A stretch of DNA of 64,000 nucleotides, taken from IMG/VR virus record IMGVR_UViG_3300037418_003103, one strand, 5' to 3'. The notes under the pieces are model-generated. The model made no database searches. It saw nothing but the letters and a program-made list of their open reading frames with translations, and was not told the origin of the DNA. Source of the stretch: a virus. Taxonomy: Duplodnaviria; Heunggongvirae; Uroviricota; Caudoviricetes. The translations under genes and the position numbers were made by a program. Each line of letters opens with the position of its first letter. The first letter of the stretch is position 1. This document shows positions 1 to 8,409 of this stretch, piece by piece.

Positions 1-157
1 CTTCGGAATGTATAAAAAATGAAAGGGATATTTCAGTGGTGACCTCTGAGAGAGCACACAGAGCACTTTAATGGTATTGAAAAAAGCACCTCAATACAAA
101 AAAACTAATCAGTTCGCCAAGCAATAATTTGGCAGGGGGAGAAAGCTACTCTCTGAC

Positions 158-189
158 AAGGTTAAGTACGACTATACTTAACCTTTTTT
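158..189 (+). terminator. Intrinsic terminator
   Basis: AAGGTTAAGTA-cgacta-TACTTAACCTT stem followed by a T run. Confidence 0.75.
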
Positions 190-195
190 ATTTTA

Positions 196-227
196 TTTGG
201 CCATTTGATTTTTTTAGTGTATATTTG
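196..227 (+). promoter_or_regulatory. Bacteroidota-type housekeeping sigma promoter (-33 TTTG / -7 TAnnTTTG)
   Basis: TTTG at 196-199 and TATATTTG at 220-227, about 30 nt upstream of ORF 259. Confidence 0.6.
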
Positions 228-258
228 CACTACTAAATCATTTTAAATTTATAGATCG

Positions 259-567
259 TTGAGAAATAAGGTGTATTACGAGTGGGATATAGAGACCACT
301 AATGAGGAAGGTGAGATTTATGACCATAACTTTGCGGATACACTTTCGGAGGTTGTTCTAACGGAAGGTGACTTGGTGCTTATTAGAAGCGTGGGTAATG
401 AGAATACTGGACTGGTTGATAGATCTTGGGCTTATGTTAAGGACGGTAAGTTGCCAGCGTGTTTTTATGATGGTTGTGAAAATAATACTGCGGTGCCAGT
501 GCCTAAGAGGTTTGTTAGCGAATTAGAAAAAAAACTTAAACAAAACAAATGTTTTAACTTGAAATGA
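259..567 (+). CDS. Hypothetical protein (TTG start)
   Basis: 102 aa ORF directly downstream of a host-type promoter. Confidence 0.65.
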   Translation: MRNKVYYEWDIETTNEEGEIYDHNFADTLSEVVLTEGDLVLIRSVGNENTGLVDRSWAYVKDGKLPACFYDGCENNTAVPVPKRFVSELEKKLKQNKCFNLK

Positions 568-747
568 TTGTTCAAATTAAGTAATGATAGAAAATGAAAC
601 GAAAAAATCACATAAAGGCTGATAATGACTCTTTAAGAGGTGTGGGAAAATTGGAATACTCCGAATCTAGTAGGCTTCACGCTACTCTAAAACGACTAAC
701 ATAAACCTTTACTAATAACAATAAAAAATTTTTAAAATTAGATTAAA

Positions 748-1041
748 ATGGGATATTTTGCAGATGAATTTAAAAAAATATTATCAGGTTTACCTAAACC
801 TGCCAAAGAGAAATCTATTAAAAATGGTAAAAGGTGTAAACATTTAAATGGTATTTTAGACGAACACCTTGATGCTACACACACAAGAGATATTGAAAAT
901 GGTGTTGTGGATAAGATTGGATATAATGAACCTGGTAATTTAACACACTATGAATTTACTTGTTCAGACTGTAATAAAACATTTAAATGGAAATCATTTT
1001 TTAATTGCCCAAAATGGGCAAAAAAATATGAACTATTCTAA
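748..1041 (+). CDS. Hypothetical protein, possible Zn-binding
   Basis: 97 aa; CKH, CSDC and CPKW motifs. Confidence 0.65.
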   Translation: MGYFADEFKKILSGLPKPAKEKSIKNGKRCKHLNGILDEHLDATHTRDIENGVVDKIGYNEPGNLTHYEFTCSDCNKTFKWKSFFNCPKWAKKYELF

Positions 1042-1074
1042 TAATAATTTTTTTAAGGAAATAAAGTAAAATAT

Positions 1075-1620
1075 ATGTTTATACTACCATTATATAAAGA
1101 TGTATATGCTCCAGTAGGCAGCGTAACAAGGTTAGAAACTGAAATCTCTTGGGAGAATGTTCAGTCTGCAAGAGGCGAGTGCTTTATGTCGGATGAAACC
1201 AAAGAGTATCAATATATTAAAGATGGACCTGTGTATACTTCAGTACCATTCCATCCTATGGTTAAGGGGTTGATGGAGCAACTGAATAATGATTTTGGTT
1301 ATAATATGAATGTTTGCTTCCTGAATTATTATTCAGACCACACCAAGGCTCTTGGATGGCATTCTGATGATTCACCACCTATTGACCAGTCCCAACCCAT
1401 ATGTGTGATATCACTTGGGCAACCCAGAGAAATTTGGTGGAAATTTATTGGGGCTAAAGGGATTGTACCAGCAGAGAATAAACAGCTTCTTTCTGATGGC
1501 TCATTATTCATAATGCCACCTGGAATGCAAGATATTTACTGTCATAAAATACCAAAGGGTGACAGACAAATGACAACACGTATTTCACTCACATATAGAT
1601 CCTGGAAGGCTGGATTTTAA
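1075..1620 (+). CDS. alkB: AlkB-family 2OG-Fe(II) dioxygenase
   Basis: NVCFLNYY, GWHSDD (HxD), ISLG, GSLFIM, HKIPK and RISLTYR (RxxxxxR) motifs. Confidence 0.85.
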   Translation: MFILPLYKDVYAPVGSVTRLETEISWENVQSARGECFMSDETKEYQYIKDGPVYTSVPFHPMVKGLMEQLNNDFGYNMNVCFLNYYSDHTKALGWHSDDSPPIDQSQPICVISLGQPREIWWKFIGAKGIVPAENKQLLSDGSLFIMPPGMQDIYCHKIPKGDRQMTTRISLTYRSWKAGF

Positions 1621-1639
1621 AAATAGATTAAAAAATGAT

Positions 1640-1942
1640 TTGGATACCAATATTAATACTTTATTTATCAATTTACATTTTTTGGGAAAGCAAGTTTTCA
1701 AGGCTAAAAAAAAAAATGATGAATGGATTAAAATTGATGGAGAAGAAACGTTTCCAGAAACGCATATAGACGTACTTACATTTAATGTTAAGGACGGAAA
1801 CCCCACTCCTTTTATTGTTGATTTCTGCTTTATTGGAGAAGATGAGAAAATTCATTGGGATTGGGGCGAAAATAATCCAACACATTGGATGCCGTTGCCT
1901 GAACGTCCAAAACAAGAATCTAAAGGATCTGTCATTGAATAA
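1640..1942 (+). CDS. DUF551-like phage protein
   Basis: EWIKI...FPE and C-terminal PTHWMPLPERP signature; start codon uncertain. Confidence 0.65.
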   Translation: MDTNINTLFINLHFLGKQVFKAKKKNDEWIKIDGEETFPETHIDVLTFNVKDGNPTPFIVDFCFIGEDEKIHWDWGENNPTHWMPLPERPKQESKGSVIE

Positions 1943-1943
1943 A

Positions 1944-2222
1944 ATGTTTTACAAGATATTGAAAAAAATAATGATAAAAGGAAAAATATTTGATAATACG
2001 CCGAGTGGTCGCACACTCTCAAAGAGAAGAGATGCGGCTTTAGATACAACTAAAGCAATGGGCCATGAAATGTCGGAGTATATTCATAAAGAATTAAAAA
2101 ATGAGAATTACTTATTATGGGTGTGTAATAAGTGTGGACTCACTCTTAAAATGGATTTCATAAGTGGTACAGAGATAGGTGGAGCATTAATACATCCATG
2201 CAGGGGAAAGTCCTGGTTATAA
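1944..2222 (+). CDS. Hypothetical protein with CxxC
   Basis: 3' part of ORF 1785-2222; ATG at 1944 (or 1971) avoids overlap with the upstream gene; GHEM...WVCNKCG...HPC. Confidence 0.55.
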   Translation: MFYKILKKIMIKGKIFDNTPSGRTLSKRRDAALDTTKAMGHEMSEYIHKELKNENYLLWVCNKCGLTLKMDFISGTEIGGALIHPCRGKSWL

Positions 2223-2235
2223 TTTATAAATAACC

Positions 2236-2330
2236 GCTGAGGTTCATAGAGGAATCAACAGGCAGACCTATTATTTAGGGATCATCTGAATAATGTTACT
2301 GTTGCGTAGGTTCAAGTCCTACTCTCAGCA
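2236..2330 (+). ncRNA. tRNA-like RNA 1 (acceptor stem and T arm intact, no canonical anticodon arm)
   Basis: GCTGAGG/TCTCAGC acceptor with discriminator A; T arm GTAGG-TTCAAGT-CCTAC; central CAACAG/CTGTTG helix enclosing further stems. Confidence 0.6.
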
Positions 2331-2419
2331 CTGGGGATAGTAACGAGATTCTTGTAGCAAACGACCCCGAAAACGGTTAAGGGCAAGATGGGCAGGCTGG
2401 GAAGACAGACACTTTTTAA

Positions 2420-2549
2420 GGTGTAATGGCGGAAGCAAACGCTAAGTGGAATGGTAATAGATCTTAACTCCAGACTACAGGAAGAGCACGAGGGCAGTAA
2501 AACCTTACGACTGTATTCTTCTTTGCGGGTTCGAGTCCTGCTTACACCA
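2420..2549 (+). ncRNA. tRNA-like RNA 2 (Leu-like frame with an approximately 80 nt central region)
   Basis: GGTGTAA/TTACACC acceptor plus A; D arm TG-GCG-GAAGCAAA-CGC; T arm GCGGG-TTCGAGT-CCTGC; 130 nt total. Confidence 0.65.
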
Positions 2550-2638
2550 CAAAACGAAGTAATGGTTACATGTACCACTGTAACCATTAGCAGGTCGTTA
2601 AATCGGCCTATCTTTTTAATAAAATTAAAAATACATAT

Positions 2639-3106
2639 ATGAAAAAACAAATCAGGAAAGGAGTGTTTGAAACGAATAGCTCAAGTACTCACAGTATTTG
2701 CATCGCAAAAGATGTTGAACTGGATATTCCAAAAACGCTACAATTTAAATTTGGAGAATTCGGATGGGAAGAGGATACTCTTAGTTCCACGTTCGAAAAA
2801 GCAAGTTATTTATTCACTGGATTAATGGGTAATAATAGAAACTCAGATTTTGATAACATAGTTGAAACATTAAAAGAAAAGGGTATTGAAGTGTCATATG
2901 AAACAGCTATAGATGGTTGTGACGGTTATGTTGATCACTCTTATGAGTTAACTGATTTCTTGAACGCTATATGTAGCAGCGAAAAAAAGCTTTTTGACTT
3001 CCTATTTTCACCTTTAAGTTTTATCATTACAGGTAATGATAATTCAGATTCTGATGTAGAAATAAAAGCTGATTATCCACATGACGAATACTATAAAGGA
3101 AACTAA
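2639..3106 (+). CDS. Conserved phage protein with N-terminal RxGVFETNSSSTHS motif
   Basis: 155 aa; YVDHS motif; stop overlaps the radical SAM start (TAATG). Confidence 0.8.
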   Translation: MKKQIRKGVFETNSSSTHSICIAKDVELDIPKTLQFKFGEFGWEEDTLSSTFEKASYLFTGLMGNNRNSDFDNIVETLKEKGIEVSYETAIDGCDGYVDHSYELTDFLNAICSSEKKLFDFLFSPLSFIITGNDNSDSDVEIKADYPHDEYYKGN

Positions 3107-3996
3107 TGGAACAAATAGCAACGTATCGTAATGGCAATACCTGTGTTACAATACTTCAGGATGGTACTAAGATAAGAGAGTATGAAGACTCTCCTGAAAT
3201 TATACATCCTGAAAGCATCGATATTAAAATTACAGACTACTGTGACATGGGTTGTGCTTACTGTCATGAGAGCTCAACAACCGCTGGTAAGCACGCTGAT
3301 TTAAGTGAATTACTAAGGGTAATATCAGATCTTCCTGCGGGTGTTGAACTTGCTATTGGCGGTGGGAATCCTCTCTCACACCCTGATTTAAAGAAGTTTC
3401 TTTTGGATCTTAAAAGAAGAGGTATTATCGCCAACATAACCGTAAATCAGGGCCATTTAAAGTCTTATTATGAGCTTATAAGAGAATTAATAAGCGACGG
3501 ATTGATACATGGCCTTGGAATATCCATAACTAGCAATAATTTTACTTATGTTAAGAAAATTAATGAACTCAGCAGTAATGTTGTGTTCCATGTGATAGCA
3601 GGGGTTAACGATATTAGTATTATTGATAGGCTGATGGAATTTTGTGAACCAAAGATTTTAATACTCGGATATAAAACATTCGGCTTTGGTATTCAATATT
3701 ATTCACCAGAGGTTGAATTAGGCATCAATTCGTGGAAAAGAGGCCTTAGAAGGTATGTTGGGAAAGTGAGCCTCTCTTTTGATAACCTGGCCATTGAACA
3801 ATTATCAGTACGAAGACTTTTTACACATGAGGGATGGGAGAAGTTTTATATGGGTGATGACTTCTGTTTTACCATGTATATCGATGCTGTTAAGCAAGAG
3901 TACGGACCAACAAGCAGAAGTAATGACAGGGTTTCCTTTGATAAATCATCTTTATTAGAGTATTTTAAAAACAATAATTTAAATAAAGTCATATGA
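3106..3996 (+). CDS. Radical SAM enzyme
   Basis: CDMGCAYC (CxxxCxxC) 4Fe-4S motif; ELAIGGGNPL (GGE-like) motif. Confidence 0.9.
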   Translation: MEQIATYRNGNTCVTILQDGTKIREYEDSPEIIHPESIDIKITDYCDMGCAYCHESSTTAGKHADLSELLRVISDLPAGVELAIGGGNPLSHPDLKKFLLDLKRRGIIANITVNQGHLKSYYELIRELISDGLIHGLGISITSNNFTYVKKINELSSNVVFHVIAGVNDISIIDRLMEFCEPKILILGYKTFGFGIQYYSPEVELGINSWKRGLRRYVGKVSLSFDNLAIEQLSVRRLFTHEGWEKFYMGDDFCFTMYIDAVKQEYGPTSRSNDRVSFDKSSLLEYFKNNNLNKVI

Positions 3997-4137
3997 GTTA
4001 CGAACCGACGATAATAATTAAAAGGGAAGACTCTAACAAATAGGGTATTTATACCGAAAAATTAGATAAATGAATATGATATATAAAACCAGGCTCAGAA
4101 ATCATTGTACACATTGAATCATTATTAGATTCCATAA

Positions 4138-5685
4138 TTAAATAGTTAAAAGCCATTTTTTACATCCACAATCGTATATTCTTGGAATTTCTCTTTCCTT
4201 CATAATCTGTCTTTCTGATTTATTTTTATCAAATCCATTCTTAACTAGGATATCTTTTCTATATTTAAATCTGTTTTCACGTTTATGATTTAAGATGTAG
4301 AAGTAGTTGGGATGCGATTCAGAAATAAGTGAAAATCCAGTATTTTTATACACGTCTCCATTAAAATATCTGTTATCTGAATAGGTTAGTAAAGATTCAG
4401 GATGATATGTCTTTATGAAATGTTTAATAAGTCTTGAAAAAGCACCAACAACTGTAGTATTTAATTTATTACAGAATCTAAGAAGCTCATAAGCTCCATT
4501 CTTAGATTTAGCTCCTAAATTTTTCCTTAAACCACCGAAGGTCATTAAAGAGACAAGTTTATTTTCATAAAATAAACCAATACTAACTCTTGCATATACA
4601 TTACCCTGGATATGGTTGGTATTTAGAAAGTCCTTTGCATCAGAATTGGAAACTTCTTTAATTTCTGTTTTTCTTGCAACTACTCTATTGGTGTTTTTAC
4701 CTATTTTACTCATCAGAATACTCTTCACAATGTCTTTTTTATTTATCCATTCGTCTTCGAATATATGAATTAGTTCTATACCAACTTCTCTACACATTTT
4801 TGTCTTTATGAGATGATAGTCATCCTCAACAAATAGGTCTGAATGCCAATAAATACCATTAAACTCAATTGCTATATTTTTACTCGGCAGTAATATGTCC
4901 AGCTCGTATGGCGATATGATGTTTCTATTACCCTCAACAACTTCTTCCTCTGGCAAAAGTTCTTTAATAAATTGAATAACATCTTTTTCATGAAATGAAT
5001 CACAAGATCCTATCGGATTACATTTAGTGCATGGGTTAATTCCGTTTTTAAGCCTATAATTTAGAAGGTTATGATATATTTTGTATTCCTTATTACAAAT
5101 ACTGCATTCCAGAATTATATTTGTATCGTTCGTATCGTATTTCAACACTTTGTCATTAGACTCTCTATTAATACGTTTTATAAAATTTTCCCTTAATGTA
5201 ACATTACTCTTATTCTTATTGTTTGAAGACCCATATTTAATTTTCCTAGTCTTTATACCCTTCTGAAAGTTATTATAATTTTCATCACCATATTTATTTA
5301 ACTTTGTTTGTTTAACCTTACTAGTAAAAGATTCGTGTTTTGAGAATGCGGATACACCGTACTTGGCTTTTAGAACTGCTGAGGCTCTTTCTTGTATAAT
5401 GTTACTTGAATTAGCACATTTTAGCGAACAAAAATCAGAATATCCCTTATCCAGGGTTTTTTTTATAGAAACTTGATTTCCACAATTAAGACATGTGGGT
5501 ATACATGGATCATTGTTCATGAAGTGCCATACTTGTTGCTTGAAAGGAAGAAGCTTTAATGGTTCGTACTGGTTTACAAAGGCTAAAAGTGCTTCATAGA
5601 TTTCTGGCTCACTTGATCGTAAATATGATGGTTTTGTTTTCCAACCAGATTTATTATCGTTTAAAAAAAATTTTTTGTAATCCAT
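4138..5685 (-). CDS. Hef-like homing endonuclease-type protein A: N-terminal Zn domain + Vsr/DUF559-like nuclease + GNAT/Mom-like C-terminal domain
   Basis: CLNC...FCSLKC; ELDILLP..NIAIEFNGIYWHS; IHIFEDEW; YELLRFC..VVGAFSRL..TYSD..G.VY..TGF; RIYDCG. Confidence 0.75.
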   Translation of the reverse strand: MDYKKFFLNDNKSGWKTKPSYLRSSEPEIYEALLAFVNQYEPLKLLPFKQQVWHFMNNDPCIPTCLNCGNQVSIKKTLDKGYSDFCSLKCANSSNIIQERASAVLKAKYGVSAFSKHESFTSKVKQTKLNKYGDENYNNFQKGIKTRKIKYGSSNNKNKSNVTLRENFIKRINRESNDKVLKYDTNDTNIILECSICNKEYKIYHNLLNYRLKNGINPCTKCNPIGSCDSFHEKDVIQFIKELLPEEEVVEGNRNIISPYELDILLPSKNIAIEFNGIYWHSDLFVEDDYHLIKTKMCREVGIELIHIFEDEWINKKDIVKSILMSKIGKNTNRVVARKTEIKEVSNSDAKDFLNTNHIQGNVYARVSIGLFYENKLVSLMTFGGLRKNLGAKSKNGAYELLRFCNKLNTTVVGAFSRLIKHFIKTYHPESLLTYSDNRYFNGDVYKNTGFSLISESHPNYFYILNHKRENRFKYRKDILVKNGFDKNKSERQIMKEREIPRIYDCGCKKWLLTI

Positions 5686-5749
5686 ATTGCAAATATACCA
5701 TAAATATTCTGGAAAACAAGGATAAGCTAAAAATCTTTTTTAAATAAAA

Positions 5750-5783
5750 AAACCATTTATGGAATTAATTCCATAAATGGTTT
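5750..5783. terminator. Perfect 34-bp palindrome; probable terminator of the tail tube gene
   Basis: AAACCATTTATGGAATTAATTCCATAAATGGTTT; the A run on its left gives a U tail on the minus strand. Confidence 0.65.
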
Positions 5784-5807
5784 AATAAGTTATTGATAAT
5801 CAAGAAT

Positions 5808-6296
5808 TTAAAACAAATTGATCGCACGATCAAATCTGAGCGTAACTGTAATCTCAGCGATTCCATCGTCGTCCATGCTCAAATTACCAAAAGCTACATT
5901 TGTAGCCATAGTTCCATCCAGTAGCCATTTCTCAACTACTACCCCTGTTGGATCAAGCATTTCTAGCTCTACTGGTCTCTTATAACCTACTGCATAGCCC
6001 TGACGGCCTGTTATTGATTCAGAATGAAGACGAACCCATTCCATTATTGCTTGTGTAGCTGATGGACCAATTGGGTCACGGAAAGTGACATCAATTGCTT
6101 CCCATTTAAATCTACCAATAACCCATGTAGAAGTATTTAAGAATGGAATTTCTACTTCATTTTGAGAGATTGTTGGTCTTGATGCAGACGCAAGCCACCA
6201 TTGTTGAATTCCCAGGTCAGCAGGAAATGTAATTAGCCACCTATTCTTCCTTTTCAATTCATAGGGTAACGGGGCTTTCATGAGCAAATCGGACAT
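5808..6296 (-). CDS. Tail tube protein (T4 gp19-like)
   Basis: YELKRKNRW, GRFKWEAIDVTFRDPI, AIMEW, YKRPVELEMLDPTGVVVEKWLL, ITVTLRFDRA; near the sheath gene. Confidence 0.85.
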   Translation of the reverse strand: MSDLLMKAPLPYELKRKNRWLITFPADLGIQQWWLASASRPTISQNEVEIPFLNTSTWVIGRFKWEAIDVTFRDPIGPSATQAIMEWVRLHSESITGRQGYAVGYKRPVELEMLDPTGVVVEKWLLDGTMATNVAFGNLSMDDDGIAEITVTLRFDRAINLF

Positions 6297-6385
6297 TTTT
6301 ATTTACTTTTTAATTTTTTATTAGTATTATTGTTGAAATAAGTTTATCCTTATTCAATAATAAATATAAGTAATTGGAAAATAGT

Positions 6386-8056
6386 ATGGATTATTCAGAT
6401 TTTTTTTTAGATAATAAAAGAAACGGGTATAAGACACGAGAAAAATATCTACAGGAACACTTTAACGAGATATATCGGATGGTTATTAAGCATGCAGAAA
6501 CATATAATTTAAACAACTTACCGTTTAAAGAAAAGATATGGCATTTTATAAATGATTCTAGATCACCTAAGGTTTGCGAAGAGTGTGGTGTATTACTTAA
6601 ATTTAAGAGAAGTCTCTTAGAGGGCTATGGTAAATACTGTTCTCTCACTTGTTGTAATAAGCATGAAGGGCATATAAAAAGTACAATGGCAAGCAAGAAA
6701 ATATGGAGAGCCAATTTAAGTGATGAAGAACGAGAGGAACAAGTTCAGAAAGTAAAACAAGGAGTCCTTAAAAAATATGGTGTTGATAATTATTCAAATT
6801 TTAAAGAATTTAGATCTTCTGAAACTGCAGCTAATACTAATAAGTTTATTAAATTAAGCAAAGATAGGTATAAGAATTACTATGATTATTCTATGGTTGA
6901 ATACAGGGATATTAATTCAGAGGTTAAAATCATTTGTCCTATTCATGGCATTTTTAAAACCACACCTAAACTACATCTGCACCATGGTGTTGGTTGCAAG
7001 AAGTGCTCCTGTAGAATGGATACTGATAAGTTTATCTTAAAATGTACTCAGATTCATGACGGTAAGTATGATTATAGCAAGGTTAACTATATAACCAATA
7101 CAACTCCTATTCATATAATCTGTCCAGTGCATGGAGATTTCAAGCAAAAACCACACAAGCACTTGCTTGGACACGGATGCAGAAAATGTGGGAATGCTCG
7201 TCACCTATCAGAAAATAGTCTTAAAGAATTCATTCGGTCACTTAATATTGATTTTCTTGAGAATACCCGCGCCCTTATTAGGAAGAGGGAAATAGATATT
7301 TACATCCCTTCACATAATTTAGCAATTGAATTCAATGGATTGTATTGGCATAATGAACTCTTTGTTGATAGCAACTACCACTTAGAGAAAACGAGTATGT
7401 GTGAAGAAAAAGGGATAAGGCTCATACATGTTTTTGAGGATGAATGGATGTTTAAAAAAGAAGTCGTAAAAAGCAGGATTAGGAACATCTTAGGAATAAG
7501 CGGAGATAGAATATATGCTAGAAAGTGTGAAATAAAAGAAATAAAAGCTAAGGACGCCAGGATTTTTCTTGATCAGAATCACCTGCAGGGCTATAGTGTT
7601 TCAAGCTGTAATGTCGGATTATTTTATAAAGATGAATTGGTTTCATTGATGGCCTTTGTCAAACCCAGGCTTGGTATAGGAAATAATAAATCTGAATATA
7701 TAGAATTAAGTAGATTTGCTAATAAATTAGACACAATCGTTGTTGGCGGGGCTAGTAAACTCCTAAAATACTATGTAAGAACATATGAGCCAAGTAAGAT
7801 AATTAGTTATGCTGATATAAGGTGGTCTAGAGGCGAATTATACGAGCAACTTGGATTCATAAAAACCCATACAAATAAACCTAATTATTGGTATGTTATT
7901 AATGCAGAGAGGAAGCACAGATTTCTTTTTAGAAAATCAAAACTAAAAAAAGATGGCTTTGATATTGAAAATAAAACTGAACATCAAATAATGCTTGATC
8001 GGAAAATATATCGAATTTATGACTGCGGTACAATTCATTTTGAACTTATTATTTGA
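6386..8056 (+). CDS. Hef-like protein B: N-terminal domain shared with A + 2 DUF723-like Zn repeats + nuclease + GNAT/Mom-like domain
   Basis: Start MDYSDFF (ATG 6386) parallels MDYKKFF of paralog A; YDYS..IICPxHG.F...H..G.GCxKC x2; AIEFNGLYWH; FEDEW; ELSRFA..VGGASKL..ISYAD; RIYDCG. Confidence 0.78.
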   Translation: MDYSDFFLDNKRNGYKTREKYLQEHFNEIYRMVIKHAETYNLNNLPFKEKIWHFINDSRSPKVCEECGVLLKFKRSLLEGYGKYCSLTCCNKHEGHIKSTMASKKIWRANLSDEEREEQVQKVKQGVLKKYGVDNYSNFKEFRSSETAANTNKFIKLSKDRYKNYYDYSMVEYRDINSEVKIICPIHGIFKTTPKLHLHHGVGCKKCSCRMDTDKFILKCTQIHDGKYDYSKVNYITNTTPIHIICPVHGDFKQKPHKHLLGHGCRKCGNARHLSENSLKEFIRSLNIDFLENTRALIRKREIDIYIPSHNLAIEFNGLYWHNELFVDSNYHLEKTSMCEEKGIRLIHVFEDEWMFKKEVVKSRIRNILGISGDRIYARKCEIKEIKAKDARIFLDQNHLQGYSVSSCNVGLFYKDELVSLMAFVKPRLGIGNNKSEYIELSRFANKLDTIVVGGASKLLKYYVRTYEPSKIISYADIRWSRGELYEQLGFIKTHTNKPNYWYVINAERKHRFLFRKSKLKKDGFDIENKTEHQIMLDRKIYRIYDCGTIHFELII

Positions 8057-8086
8057 AAAAATACTTTATAATAAAAAAAATAGGCG

Positions 8087-8094
8087 TATATTTG
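8087..8094 (+). promoter_or_regulatory. Bacteroidota -7 element
   Basis: TATATTTG just upstream of ATG 8099 (near-leaderless transcript). Confidence 0.5.
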
Positions 8095-8098
8095 CTAT

Positions 8099-8407
8099 AT
8101 GGAAAAAAATTTTGAAACTGTGTCTATCCTTGAAGAGAATAAGGAAGGATCAGAGTATACTTGTGGGGATATTAGAGAAATTCTAAAAAATACGGAACTT
8201 CTTGATACTGATAAATTTTATATGTGGACAGATGATGAAGACGATAGCTATAAAGTATCCATATATCGGATGGTCCTTGAAACTGATGAAGAATTTAATG
8301 CCAGATTAGAAGAGGCAGAAAGAATTCGTAAAACATATGAAAAAATAACAGAGAAACAACGCTATCAGCAGTATCTTAAATTAAAGGAAGAATTTGAAAA
8401 TAATTAA
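8099..8407 (+). CDS. Hypothetical protein
   Basis: 102 aa acidic ORF; LETDEEFNARL...QYLKLKEEF C-terminus of a kind common in small phage proteins. Confidence 0.7.
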   Translation: MEKNFETVSILEENKEGSEYTCGDIREILKNTELLDTDKFYMWTDDEDDSYKVSIYRMVLETDEEFNARLEEAERIRKTYEKITEKQRYQQYLKLKEEFENN

Positions 8408-8409
8408 TT

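Noticed and set aside
594-704. Small ORF MKRKNHIKADND... (36 aa); also MKKLNKNRF... at 51043-51132
   Set aside because: Possible micro-proteins, but too short to support without homology or ribosome profiling
2236-2549. Calling these canonical tRNAs, tRNA-Sec or tmRNA
   Set aside because: No 7-nt anticodon loop on a 5-bp stem at the expected position, no UCA anticodon or extended acceptor, no G3-U70 pair or tag reading frame
2312-2650. ORFs 2312-2650 (-) and 2451-2642 (+)
   Set aside because: They overlap the tRNA-like structures and have atypical composition; likely spurious
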